Source: Ignavibacteriales bacterium
GTDB taxonomy: Bacteria; Bacteroidota; Ignavibacteria; UBA10030; UBA6906
Direction: 5' to 3'
Length of the DNA: 64,000 bases
Assembly: GCA_037441705.1 (NCBI GenBank)
Contig: JBBIRR010000014.1
Coordinates: 1-64,000, forward strand
This document shows positions 48,966 through 58,905 of the stretch, one piece after another (position 1 is the first letter of the stretch; every line of letters starts with the position of its first letter). Below the pieces are notes generated by a model, which ran no database searches, had not been told where the DNA came from, and worked only from the letters and a program-made list of their open reading frames with translations. The position numbers and the translations under genes were made by a program.

Positions 48966-48980
48966 TGGCACTGATATTGC
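48966..48980 (+). promoter_or_regulatory. sigma54 -24/-12 promoter
   Basis: Exact TGGCAC-TGATA-TTGC about 50 bp upstream of ATG 49032. Confidence 0.7.
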
Positions 48981-49031
48981 CCCTTCGGGGATAGTCCACG
49001 TCATGATCTAAGGAGAAAGGGAGGATTCGTC

Positions 49032-49961
49032 ATGAAGAATCTTCTAACGGGTCTGGTTGCGCTGGTCGCTTTTACGATGGTTGCATCGGGTTGCTACACC
49101 CAGTTGAAGACGGCGCGCGAGGAATCAGAGCAAGAGTCTGAATACACTGAGGGCGATCGAACGTACTCCGAAGAGGGCACGCGCTACGATGACGAGTACG
49201 ACCCCTATTGGTCGCCGCGTCGTGCATTCTACTTCTATTACTATTACCCATCGTTCTCCGTCGGCTTTTTCCCCTGCGACCCGTGGTACTGGCGGTCAGG
49301 ATGGTACTACACGTACTACGATCCGTTCTGGACGTGCGGGACGTTCTATCCGGGATACTATGCAGGATGGGTGTGGTGGGGGTATCCTTATCCACGATGG
49401 TGGTGGCATCCGTACGGATGGGGCTACGGCGGATATGCCGGCCGATATGGCCACGGCTCAACGCGCACAATTGGCGTGACGCGAACAACAGGCGACACGC
49501 GCAGCGGCTATGGTCGCGGCAGCGGCGGCAGCGATGCACTCCCATCAGGCTACCGGAGTGGAGGTGGCAGTGGAGGAGGGCGATCAGGTGCAGAACAACC
49601 GCCGGCCGGCACGCGCATTTCAACGGGAAGGAGCGGTGGTAGCGAATCAGGCGGAACCGAGGCGCGGGGATCGCGCAGCGGAAGCGTTACGCGCGGCGGC
49701 AAGACGCGCAGCAGCGGCGGGCGTGAAGCAACGCGCGGAGGCGAAGTGCGGACTCCGCCGAGACCGGCACCTTCGGTCGCACCCGCAAACCCGGGTGGCG
49801 GCGAGAGAGGCAGCAGCGGTCGCTCGGGAGGCGGCAGATCATCGGGAGGCGGGGGCTCGTACTCTCCACCGGCACACTCATCACCACCGCCCAGCTCAGC
49901 GCCTGCTCCATCGACACCGAGCGGCGGCGGCCGCAACTCGAGTGGTCGTGGCGGGCGGTAA
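49032..49961 (+). CDS. Lipoprotein with W/Y/P-rich and G/S/R-rich low-complexity regions
   Basis: Lipobox ASGC; GGGAGG RBS; aromatic-rich middle, RGG/SGG disordered tail. Confidence 0.8.
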   Translation: MKNLLTGLVALVAFTMVASGCYTQLKTAREESEQESEYTEGDRTYSEEGTRYDDEYDPYWSPRRAFYFYYYYPSFSVGFFPCDPWYWRSGWYYTYYDPFWTCGTFYPGYYAGWVWWGYPYPRWWWHPYGWGYGGYAGRYGHGSTRTIGVTRTTGDTRSGYGRGSGGSDALPSGYRSGGGSGGGRSGAEQPPAGTRISTGRSGGSESGGTEARGSRSGSVTRGGKTRSSGGREATRGGEVRTPPRPAPSVAPANPGGGERGSSGRSGGGRSSGGGGSYSPPAHSSPPPSSAPAPSTPSGGGRNSSGRGGR

Positions 49962-50018
49962 GCTCTCAAGAATTTCATTCGTCGAGACACAACATTGCAA
50001 GAAAGAGGTGTTGATACG

Positions 50019-51452
50019 GTGAAGTATATCTCAGCGGTTCTGGTGGTTTTATTCTTCGGTTCGGCCGCGCACGCGCAATTCCCTGAGGACGCCCTCCGCT
50101 TTGCAACACCCGGGCTGGGTGTCGGCACGCGGGCCATCGGCATGGGGGGCGCGTACACCGGTGTGGCGAACGATTACAGCGCGCTGTTCTGGAATCCGGC
50201 GGGTCTCGCTCAACTCGAACAGGGCGAGTTCTCGCTCGGCCTTTCACATCTGAGCTACGGCAACACAAGCTCATACATCGGAACGGCACAATCCTACACG
50301 AACAATGCAACCCAGTTGAACGCGCTCGGAGTTGCATTCCCTATTCCCGTCCGGAGAGGAAGCCTCGTGTTTGCCTTCGGCTACAACCGTCAGAGTAACT
50401 TCACCACCGGCGTAGCCTTCGAGGCGTTCAATCCTACAGGCAGCATCATTCAAACCTACACACGTGACGGATCGCCGGTGAGCGGAGAGCCGAGCGGTAT
50501 TGCCTGGGAGTTGTACCTTGCCGACACCACCCGTAATGCTCAAGGCCAGCTTGTGTACTTTAGTCCGATTATCAACCGCGTAACACAGGTGGGAAAGGTC
50601 CTTGAGGGAGGCGGGTTGAACAACTGGTCGGCGGCCGGTGCCATTGATATTGCCCGTAACGTCTCCGTCGGCCTGACGCTCAGTTACGTTACAGGCAGCT
50701 ACACGTATGATCGTTCATATAAAGAGCAGGATAATCGAAACATCTACAGCAGCCCGATCAACGGGAGTCCGCTCCAATTCGATCAGTTCACGCAGGATGA
50801 TTTTGTCGACAGCGACCTGTCCGGCTTCAACGCAAAATTGGGATTGATGTATCGTGTGCCGGACAGGTTCCGCCTCGGCATAACTATAAAGTCGCCCACC
50901 TCGTTACGTGTGAAAGAAACGTTCGGCACGACCTACAAGGCCTTCTACGATAACGGCGACATTGTCTCACCCGACCCGAGCAACCAATCCGGTGAGTATG
51001 ATGTGCTGACCCCGTGGGTGTTCAGCGCCGGTGCATCTCTTGTCGTCCGCGATCTTGTGCTCTCGGGCGACGTGGAGTACACCGATTGGACACAGCTTGA
51101 ATTCCGCAACGCCAATCCCGATGTGATTGCGTTGAACAAAGATATCAAGGATATCTTTCGGGCCACTGCCAACCTGCGCGGCGGTGCCGAGTACGACCTC
51201 AAGGAGATAGGCGTGCGCCTGCGCGGTGGGTTTATCTACAACACCTCGCCGTTCAAAGGCGACCCGAGTTCGTTCGATCAGAAGTATGTGACTGCCGGCC
51301 TCGGCATTCTTCTGAGTGAAGACACGATGCTGGACCTCGCCTATGCCCGCGGCTGGTGGAAGACGTTCCGCTACAACTACACCGGCAGCCCGCAATTGTT
51401 GGAAGATATCGCGACCAACAATTTCGCCCTCACCTTCTCGTATCGCTACTGA
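50019..51452 (+). CDS. OmpP1/FadL-family outer-membrane protein (GTG start)
   Basis: Signal peptide AHA-Q; GTRAIGMGGAYTGVANDYSALFWNPAGL; C-terminal FSYRY. Confidence 0.8.
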   Translation: MKYISAVLVVLFFGSAAHAQFPEDALRFATPGLGVGTRAIGMGGAYTGVANDYSALFWNPAGLAQLEQGEFSLGLSHLSYGNTSSYIGTAQSYTNNATQLNALGVAFPIPVRRGSLVFAFGYNRQSNFTTGVAFEAFNPTGSIIQTYTRDGSPVSGEPSGIAWELYLADTTRNAQGQLVYFSPIINRVTQVGKVLEGGGLNNWSAAGAIDIARNVSVGLTLSYVTGSYTYDRSYKEQDNRNIYSSPINGSPLQFDQFTQDDFVDSDLSGFNAKLGLMYRVPDRFRLGITIKSPTSLRVKETFGTTYKAFYDNGDIVSPDPSNQSGEYDVLTPWVFSAGASLVVRDLVLSGDVEYTDWTQLEFRNANPDVIALNKDIKDIFRATANLRGGAEYDLKEIGVRLRGGFIYNTSPFKGDPSSFDQKYVTAGLGILLSEDTMLDLAYARGWWKTFRYNYTGSPQLLEDIATNNFALTFSYRY

Positions 51453-51481
51453 TTGCAAGACGCACGTCGTTTGAATATATT
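51453..51481 (+). promoter_or_regulatory. sigma70-type promoter for the acylase-cobB-pyk operon
   Basis: TTGCAA-17 bp-TATATT. Confidence 0.55.
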
Positions 51482-51482
51482 G

Positions 51483-51515
51483 AAGTCCGTCCCAGCACTA
51501 TCGGGACGGACTTTT
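51483..51515 (+). terminator. Intrinsic terminator-like hairpin
   Basis: AAGTCCGTCCC / GGGACGGACTT followed by TTGTGTTTTG. Confidence 0.7.
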
Positions 51516-51541
51516 GTGTTTTGTAACCTCTGGAGCCGCCC

Positions 51542-53983
51542 TTGTCCACACGAAAGAAGGTCATCCTCGGAATCCTTGGCGTCCTCGCGGTAACGCTTAT
51601 CGCGGGTCTCTTCTTTGTTCGGTCGCAGATTCGCAAATCGTTTCCGGAAACATCAGGCTCCATCGCAGTGCCGGGCATTGTTCAACCCGTCGAGATTGTG
51701 CGGGACGACTACGGTGTGCCGCGCATTGAAGCACAGAACGAGCACGATCTGTTCTTCGCGCTCGGCTACGTGCACGCCCAGGATCGTCTCTGGCAGATGG
51801 ACATTACACGCCGCATCGGACAGGGTCGCCTTTCCGAACTTCTCGGTCTCGTGACACTGGATTTCGACCGGATGTTCCGCATCATCGGCATACGCAGAAT
51901 TGCCGAAGAAGTGGAGCGCGCGATCACTCCTGCCTCACGCTCGCGCCTGCAGGCCTATGCCGACGGCGTGAATGCCTTCATCACGTCTCACAAGGGAAAG
52001 TATCCCATCGAGTTCGATTTGCTGCGCTACGAGCCTGAACCGTGGACGCCGCTGCACAGCATCATCATCGGCAGACTGATGGCGTGGGAACTGAACCTTT
52101 CGTGGTGGACTGACCTCACGCTTGGCGCGCTTGTCGAGCGAGTCGGCTACGAAAAGGCCCGTGAGGTCTTTCCCTCCTATCCCCCAGAAGTGCCGCCGAT
52201 TGTGCCGGCAAGCGAATGGCGCAAGGTTGTGAAACCGGCTTTGGCATTTCTCCAAACGGCTCAGGACTACTGCGCCTTCCGCGGCATCGGGGGTCTCCTG
52301 GGCGGAAGCAACGCGTGGGTTGTTGCTCCGCAGAAATCCGAATCAAACGCCGTTCTGCTCGCCAACGACACGCACCTGCAGCTGACCAATCCGTCCAAGT
52401 GGTACGAGGTGAGCCTGCACGGCGCCGGCTACAACGTCATGGGATTCTCCATTCCCGGCGTGCCCGGCATCGTTGCAGGGAATAATGCCGACATTGCATG
52501 GGGATTGACCAACACGATGGCCGATGATGCAGACTTCTACGTCGAGCGCATTGATTCGACCGACTCGAGCAGATACATCTACGATGGGCAGTCGCTTCCA
52601 CTCACCATTCGTGAAGAAGAAATCCTTGTGCGGGATGACACCCTGCACTACGTTACCATCCGCTCCACGCATCACGGCCCCATTGTGACGGACATTCACA
52701 CCATGCTGAAAAAGGCGCGCCTTCCTTTCGTGGCTTCAATGCGATGGACCGGCGCAGAGATCAGCGACCAGATCGAAGCGTTCAACATCATCAATCGTGC
52801 ACACACCTGGCAGGAGTTTGTTGCAGGCGTGAAGGAGTTCAGCGGACCGGGGCAGAACTTCGTTTACGGAGATGTGCACGGGAACATCGGCTACTGGTGC
52901 GGCGTGTGGCTGCCCAAACGTCCGCCCGCCGTTCAGTCGCTGCTTCCGCTTCCGGGCTGGGAGACATCCACCGAGTGGCAAGGGTTCGTGCCGTTCGAGC
53001 AGCTTCCGCATCTCTACAATCCACCCGAAGGGTTTATCGCAACAGCAAACAACAAGATTGTGGACGACAGCTATCCCTATCACATCTCGGCGTTGTGGGA
53101 GCCTCCTGCTCGGTTCTTGCGGCTGCGAGAAGAACTGAGCAAAGAGCAGAAGTTCTCTCCTGCGGACTTCGAGAGGCTGCAGAATGATCAGTTCTCCTAC
53201 TATGCAAAGCGATTCACGCCGTACATTCTTGCAGCGTGCAAGGGGAAGCTCGATCCGCCGTATGGGGAGCTTGTGATGGATTATTTTTCTAACTGGAACT
53301 TCGTTTTCTCGCGCGAGGATATCGTCACGGCCATCTTCCAACAATTTCTTACCCATCTGATGAAGAATCTGTATGAAGATGAGATGGGCAGCGATCTCCT
53401 GCACGACTACCTGCTGCTGGTCAACATCCCGCTGCGCGTTACCATGCGGCTCGTCGAGCAAGATACCACATCATGGTTCGACGACATCCGCACAAGCGCG
53501 GTCGAAACGCGGGACGACATTCTGCTGCAGAGCATGAAGGACGCCATCAACGCCCTCCGAACGACATTGGGTGATGAAACGAAAAACTGGCAGTGGGGCA
53601 ACCTGCACACGGTCACGCTGCAGCATCCGTTCGGACTGAAGAAGCCGTTGGACAAGATTTTCAACATCGGACCGTTCCCGTATGGCGGTGCATCCACTGC
53701 ACTCACCAGCGGCGAGTACAGTTTCAACGATGCATTGCAGCCGGGTCCGTTGAATGTTCCGTTCGGCGTGACCGTCGGGGCTTCCTTCCGCCGCATTGTT
53801 GATATGAGCACTCCGTTCGAGGCACGATCGATTCTGCCCAGCGGACAATCGGGCCAGCCCTTTCACGATCATTTCGATGATCAGACGGCGCTGTGGCTGA
53901 ATGGAGCGTACAAGACGGTCCGCGCGGACAGACAGGCAACGCAACAGCATGCTTCACGCTTAACCCTCATGCCACCGCCATGA
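51542..53983 (+). CDS. Penicillin acylase family (S45 Ntn-hydrolase), membrane anchored
   Basis: RDDYGVP, YVHAQDRLWQMD, GSNAWVV nucleophile, LANDTHL, ATANN, SGQSG. Confidence 0.92.
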   Translation: MSTRKKVILGILGVLAVTLIAGLFFVRSQIRKSFPETSGSIAVPGIVQPVEIVRDDYGVPRIEAQNEHDLFFALGYVHAQDRLWQMDITRRIGQGRLSELLGLVTLDFDRMFRIIGIRRIAEEVERAITPASRSRLQAYADGVNAFITSHKGKYPIEFDLLRYEPEPWTPLHSIIIGRLMAWELNLSWWTDLTLGALVERVGYEKAREVFPSYPPEVPPIVPASEWRKVVKPALAFLQTAQDYCAFRGIGGLLGGSNAWVVAPQKSESNAVLLANDTHLQLTNPSKWYEVSLHGAGYNVMGFSIPGVPGIVAGNNADIAWGLTNTMADDADFYVERIDSTDSSRYIYDGQSLPLTIREEEILVRDDTLHYVTIRSTHHGPIVTDIHTMLKKARLPFVASMRWTGAEISDQIEAFNIINRAHTWQEFVAGVKEFSGPGQNFVYGDVHGNIGYWCGVWLPKRPPAVQSLLPLPGWETSTEWQGFVPFEQLPHLYNPPEGFIATANNKIVDDSYPYHISALWEPPARFLRLREELSKEQKFSPADFERLQNDQFSYYAKRFTPYILAACKGKLDPPYGELVMDYFSNWNFVFSREDIVTAIFQQFLTHLMKNLYEDEMGSDLLHDYLLLVNIPLRVTMRLVEQDTTSWFDDIRTSAVETRDDILLQSMKDAINALRTTLGDETKNWQWGNLHTVTLQHPFGLKKPLDKIFNIGPFPYGGASTALTSGEYSFNDALQPGPLNVPFGVTVGASFRRIVDMSTPFEARSILPSGQSGQPFHDHFDDQTALWLNGAYKTVRADRQATQQHASRLTLMPPP

Positions 53984-54738
53984 TCTGTTCCCCGAGCACT
54001 CAAGCTGCCCTTGCGCGTGCTGAACGCGTCGTTGCTTTCACGGGCGCCGGCATCTCCGCCGAGAGCGGCGTCCCCACCTTCCGCGGCACCGACGGCATCT
54101 GGGCGAAATTCAAACCCGAAGAGCTTGCCAACCTCAATGCCTTCCTCCGCAATCCGGAATTGGTGTGGGAATGGTACGCCGCGCGCAAGAAGGTGATTGC
54201 AGAGGTTCAACCCAATCCAGGACATTATGCCCTGGCGGAGATGGAACAGATTTTTCCGTCGTTTGCAGTCGTCACACAGAACATCGACAACCTCCATCGG
54301 CGGGCCGGCAGCAAGCGCGTGTTCGAACTGCACGGCAACATCGAGCGCAACTACTGCATGCAGTGCGGCACGCCGTTTACAAATGAGTATGTCTTGCAGG
54401 GACCCGCTGTCCCGCGCTGCCACTGCGGCGGTCTGATACGGCCCGACGTCGTATGGTTCGGCGAGTTCCTTCCCGAGAACGAATGGGCGGGAGCGGAACA
54501 GGCATGCCGCAGTGCCGACGTCCTGCTTTCCATCGGCACATCGGGCGTTGTGTATCCCGCAGCGTCCCTGCCTCTCGAAGCCAAGCGCGGCGGCGCGTAC
54601 ATCATCGAGGTCAATTGCGAGACAACGCCGCTGACGGACTACGCGGACGAATTCTTGCAGGGCAAGGCCGGCGATATCCTGCCTCTGCTCGTCCGCGACA
54701 TCAAACGCCTACGGTCATCCGTTCCCCAACGAGAGTAG
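53980..54738 (+). CDS. cobB: NAD-dependent protein deacylase (class III sirtuin)
   Basis: TGAGISAESGVPTFRG, WYAAR (YxxR), TQNIDNLH, LHG, CxxC/CxC, RPDVVWFGE, GTSGVVYPAA. Confidence 0.93.
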   Translation: MICSPSTQAALARAERVVAFTGAGISAESGVPTFRGTDGIWAKFKPEELANLNAFLRNPELVWEWYAARKKVIAEVQPNPGHYALAEMEQIFPSFAVVTQNIDNLHRRAGSKRVFELHGNIERNYCMQCGTPFTNEYVLQGPAVPRCHCGGLIRPDVVWFGEFLPENEWAGAEQACRSADVLLSIGTSGVVYPAASLPLEAKRGGAYIIEVNCETTPLTDYADEFLQGKAGDILPLLVRDIKRLRSSVPQRE

Positions 54739-54751
54739 GAACGCTGCATCC

Positions 54752-56194
54752 ATGACGCCCACGCGCTTTAACAACACCAAGATCGTCGCAACGCTCGGCC
54801 CGTCCACCAACTCCGTGGACATGATCGTCCGGCTCATTCAGTCCGGCGTTGATGTAGTCCGATTGAATTTCTCGCACGGCACACAGGAGGATCATCTGCG
54901 GGCGTTGATGAACCTTCGGGAGGCCGTGCGACGAACGAACGACCTCGTGGCGGTGCTCCAGGATCTTCAGGGTCCGAAGATTCGCATCGGCGATCTCTCA
55001 ACGCCCTTCATTGAACTGCGGCAGGGAGAGACCTTTACGATCACGACCGACCCGATCATCGGCGATCGAACACGGGTGGCAACGACGTATGCTAACCTTA
55101 CGCGCGATGTTCATCCGGGCGATGTGATCTTGCTGGACGATGGAAAACTGCGCGTGCGGGTGATGGAAGTCCGCGGCAACGACGTTCGCTGTGAGGTGAT
55201 CGTGGGGGGAACGCTTTCCGCTCACAAGGGCATCAACCTTCCCAACGTCGCCGTCAGTACGCCGTCGCTGACGGCAAAAGATATTCGTGACCTTGAATTC
55301 GGCATCGCACACGATATTGATTACGTTGCGCTTTCGTTCGTCCGCACCGCCGATGACATCCGCCAGCTGCGCAAAGCGATTGTCGAGAGAATCGAGAAGA
55401 GCCGCTTCCTGCCTATCGTGGCAAAAATCGAAAAGCCGCAGGCCGTCGCCAACATGGACGAGATCATCGCAGAGGCGGACGCGATCATGATCGCCCGCGG
55501 TGACCTTGGCGTCGAGCTGCCGCCCGAAGATGTGCCGATGCTGCAGAAGAAGATCATCCGCAAGTGCAACGACGCGGGCAAGCCGGTGATTATCGCAACG
55601 CAGATGTTAGAGTCGATGATCAACAGCCCTACGCCCACGCGCGCCGAAGCCAACGACGTCGCCAACGGCGTCGTTGACGGTGCCGATGCGGTGATGCTCA
55701 GCGGCGAGACCTCGGTAGGACGATACCCTCTCGAAGCGGTTCAGATCATGGACCGCATCATTCGGAAAGTCGAAGCCGAGCATCTCGGCACGCATCGGAT
55801 TCTCGACCATCCTCACACGGGCGTGAGCAGCAGGCACGACGCCCTCGGACGCGCGGCGTGTGTGCTTGCCGAGCAGATGCATGCCGCCGCGATTGTGTGT
55901 GTGACGCATTCCGGCGAAACCGCCCGTGTGCTTTCGCACTACCGTCCGCGCACACGCATCATCGCCATCACCGACCGCGTCAAAATCCTCCGACGACTAA
56001 AGCTGATCTGGGGCGTGCACGGCATTGTGGTGGAATCCCTCGAGCCGGATTCGGACAAAGCCGTGCGGCAAATCCAGGACAAGCTGTTGAATCTGGGCCT
56101 GATTCAACGCGGCGAGTACATTGTGCTGCTGGCAGGACAGCCCTTCTTCGCCCGCGGCTCCACGAATTTCATCGAAGTCGAAAAGGTAACGTGA
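54752..56194 (+). CDS. pyk: Pyruvate kinase
   Basis: TKIVATLGP, RLNFSHG, DLQGPKIR, AKIEK, ARGDLGVE, ATQMLESM, MLSGET. Confidence 0.97.
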   Translation: MTPTRFNNTKIVATLGPSTNSVDMIVRLIQSGVDVVRLNFSHGTQEDHLRALMNLREAVRRTNDLVAVLQDLQGPKIRIGDLSTPFIELRQGETFTITTDPIIGDRTRVATTYANLTRDVHPGDVILLDDGKLRVRVMEVRGNDVRCEVIVGGTLSAHKGINLPNVAVSTPSLTAKDIRDLEFGIAHDIDYVALSFVRTADDIRQLRKAIVERIEKSRFLPIVAKIEKPQAVANMDEIIAEADAIMIARGDLGVELPPEDVPMLQKKIIRKCNDAGKPVIIATQMLESMINSPTPTRAEANDVANGVVDGADAVMLSGETSVGRYPLEAVQIMDRIIRKVEAEHLGTHRILDHPHTGVSSRHDALGRAACVLAEQMHAAAIVCVTHSGETARVLSHYRPRTRIIAITDRVKILRRLKLIWGVHGIVVESLEPDSDKAVRQIQDKLLNLGLIQRGEYIVLLAGQPFFARGSTNFIEVEKVT

Positions 56195-56892
56195 ACGTGC
56201 CGTCATCGAGTACCGTGGACACATCTGCCGTCATCACAGCAACTGCTGCGCACGTTCAAGCCAGGCTTTCCGGCGAAGGTTCGGGGCATGATTGGTTCCA
56301 CGTCGAACGCGTCTGGCGGATGGCAACCTATCTTGCGGAGCAGGAAGGGGCCGACCGTTTCGTGACCGAGCTTGCCGCCTTGCTGCACGACGTGGCAGAT
56401 TGGAAATTCTCAGGCGATGCGACGGCCGGAGCGCGCGAGGCCCGGGCGTGGCTCGAGAGCCTCGGCGTTGAACGGGCAACGATTGATCATGTCTGCGACA
56501 TTATCGCGCGTGTCTCGTTCAAAGGCGCCGGGGTCCCCGATCGGATGCCGACAAAGGAGGGAATGGTTGTGCAGGACGCCGACCGCCTCGACGCGCTCGG
56601 GGCGATCGGCATCGCGCGCGCCTTTGCGTACGGAGGACACGCCCACCGTGAGCTGTACAATCCCTCCCTTCCTCCAACACATCACCACTCCTTTGAAGAG
56701 TACAGAAACAACCGGGGAACAACGATCAATCATTTCTACGAAAAACTCTTGCTCCTGAAAGATCGCATGAATACGCCCACCGCACGAACGATCGCCGCAC
56801 AGCGCCATGCATTCATGGAAGAATTCTTACAGCGCTTCTTTCGGGAGTGGGATGGTAATGATAGAGAGACTGCTTATCAGAAGAGGACGTAG
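56191..56892 (+). CDS. HD-domain phosphohydrolase (YedJ-like)
   Basis: GHDWFHVERV, LLHDVAD, VQDADRLDALGAIGIAR, HFYEKLL; GTGA overlap with pyk. Confidence 0.88.
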   Translation: MNVPSSSTVDTSAVITATAAHVQARLSGEGSGHDWFHVERVWRMATYLAEQEGADRFVTELAALLHDVADWKFSGDATAGAREARAWLESLGVERATIDHVCDIIARVSFKGAGVPDRMPTKEGMVVQDADRLDALGAIGIARAFAYGGHAHRELYNPSLPPTHHHSFEEYRNNRGTTINHFYEKLLLLKDRMNTPTARTIAAQRHAFMEEFLQRFFREWDGNDRETAYQKRT

Positions 56893-56894
56893 CA

Positions 56895-58898
56895 ATGAAC
56901 CGATGGACGTTTCTTCTCGTCATGATGTTTTCGATGAACGGGTTCGCACAGCCGGACTATCCCTTCACGCCCGTGCCCTTTACGGAGGTGAGGCTTCACG
57001 ACAGCTTCTGGCAGCCGCGCCTCGAAACCAATCGAACGGTCACGATACCCGCCTCGTTCGAACAATGTCGCCTCACGGGCCGCATCAAAAACTTCGAGAT
57101 GGCGGCCGCGCGGGCCGGCAAGTTCTGCACAAAATACTCCTTTGACGATACCGATGTGTACAAAACCATCGAGGGGGCATCCTACACACTCAGTACGCAT
57201 CCCGACGCAGGTCTCGACGCGTATCTCGACAGCCTCATTGTGCTTGTTGCCCGCGCCCAGGAGCCTGACGGATATCTCTTCACCGAACGGACGATTGACC
57301 CCGTTAACACGAGCGCGAGAATCGGTAGCGAACGCTGGGTGAATGAACGGCTGCACAGCCATGAGCTTTACAACGCAGGACACCTTTACGAGACTGCCGT
57401 AGCGCACTATCGGGCTACCGGCAAGCGCTCATTGCTCGATATCGCACTCAAGAACGCCCGGTTGATTGCCGCAACCTTCGGTCCCGACAAACGCCGCGTT
57501 GCACCGGGGCATCAGGTGATCGAGATGGGGTTGGTGAAGCTCTTCCGCGTCACCGGAGACACAACGTTCTTGCGTCTGGCAAAGTTTTTTCTTGAGGAAC
57601 GCGGGCGCGTTCGGTATGACACAACGAGCAACGACGTCTTCAAGAACGGCATGTACTGGCAGGATCACCTCCCCGTTGTTCGACAGCGTGAAGCAGTCGG
57701 GCATGCGGTGCGTGCGATGTACATGTACAGCGGCATGGCCGATATTGCCGCACTGACACGGGATACTGCGTACGTGCAGGCGATTGATGCATTATGGGAC
57801 AATGTCGTGTCAAAGAAGATGTATGTTCATGGCGGCATCGGAGCAGCGGGAGACGGCGAACGGTTCGGCAAGAACTACGAGCTGCCCAATCGCGATGCCT
57901 ACTGCGAAACCTGTGCGGCAATCGGTAACGTGTTCTGGAACCATCGCATGTTCCTGCTTCACGGACATGCGAAGTACATAGACGTTCTCGAACGCATTCT
58001 GTACAACGGATTGATCTCCGGCTATGGCCTGGATGGCAAAACCTTCTTCTACACGAACGCCATGCAGATCAGCAAACATTACCGGCATCCGGACATCGAG
58101 CTTTCGCGCTCCCCGTGGTTTCCCTGCTCATGCTGTCCCACCAACATCACCAGATTCATTCCCACGATTCCGGGATACGTCTACGCACGAAGAGGGAATT
58201 CCCTCTTCGTCAATCTTTTCATCGCAAGCGAGACGGACGTGACGCTCTCGAGCGGCATACGCGTCGCTGTGCAGCAGGAGACAAACTATCCATGGCAGGG
58301 CAATATCCGGCTGACCCTGCGGCCGAAAACACCTGTACGATTTGCGCTCCACCTCCGCATCCCCGGATGGCTGCAGCAGCCCGTTCCGTCGGATTTGTAC
58401 AGCTATCTTTCATCCGAGAGCAACTCATACTCACTAACGCTCAACGGACGTGAGATGAAGCCGCAGATACATGATGGTTATGCCGTGCTCGATAGAACGT
58501 GGAGAGAAGGTGATGTTGTCGTCCTCGAGCTTCCGATGACTGTTCGCCGCATTGTCTCCCATCCCGCAGTCAAGGAAAATGCCGGCAAGGTGGCGTTGCA
58601 GCGAGGACCGTTGGTGTATTGTGCAGAATGGATTGACAACGCGGGGGCGACTGGCAACATCATCCTTCCCGACGCCGTGCCGTTGAGAGCGGAGATGCGT
58701 ACCGATCTCTTCGGCGGGATCGTCGCGATAACCGGTGAAGTCCCCGCCTACAAACTTGCCGAGGACGGCATCACCATCACAACCGTGCGGCAGCCGTTCG
58801 TTGCCATCCCCTACTACACGTGGGCACACCGCGGTGAGGGAGAGATGACCATCTGGCTGCCGCGACGTACCACTGCACTCGAAATCATCTCCAACTAA
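56895..58898 (+). CDS. GH127-family glycoside hydrolase (beta-L-arabinofuranosidase-like), secreted
   Basis: FDDTDVYK, HELYNAGH, GHAVRA, GERFG, YCETCAAIG, CSCCP, LQRGPLVYC. Confidence 0.9.
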   Translation: MNRWTFLLVMMFSMNGFAQPDYPFTPVPFTEVRLHDSFWQPRLETNRTVTIPASFEQCRLTGRIKNFEMAAARAGKFCTKYSFDDTDVYKTIEGASYTLSTHPDAGLDAYLDSLIVLVARAQEPDGYLFTERTIDPVNTSARIGSERWVNERLHSHELYNAGHLYETAVAHYRATGKRSLLDIALKNARLIAATFGPDKRRVAPGHQVIEMGLVKLFRVTGDTTFLRLAKFFLEERGRVRYDTTSNDVFKNGMYWQDHLPVVRQREAVGHAVRAMYMYSGMADIAALTRDTAYVQAIDALWDNVVSKKMYVHGGIGAAGDGERFGKNYELPNRDAYCETCAAIGNVFWNHRMFLLHGHAKYIDVLERILYNGLISGYGLDGKTFFYTNAMQISKHYRHPDIELSRSPWFPCSCCPTNITRFIPTIPGYVYARRGNSLFVNLFIASETDVTLSSGIRVAVQQETNYPWQGNIRLTLRPKTPVRFALHLRIPGWLQQPVPSDLYSYLSSESNSYSLTLNGREMKPQIHDGYAVLDRTWREGDVVVLELPMTVRRIVSHPAVKENAGKVALQRGPLVYCAEWIDNAGATGNIILPDAVPLRAEMRTDLFGGIVAITGEVPAYKLAEDGITITTVRQPFVAIPYYTWAHRGEGEMTIWLPRRTTALEIISN

Positions 58899-58905
58899 AA
58901 ACACC

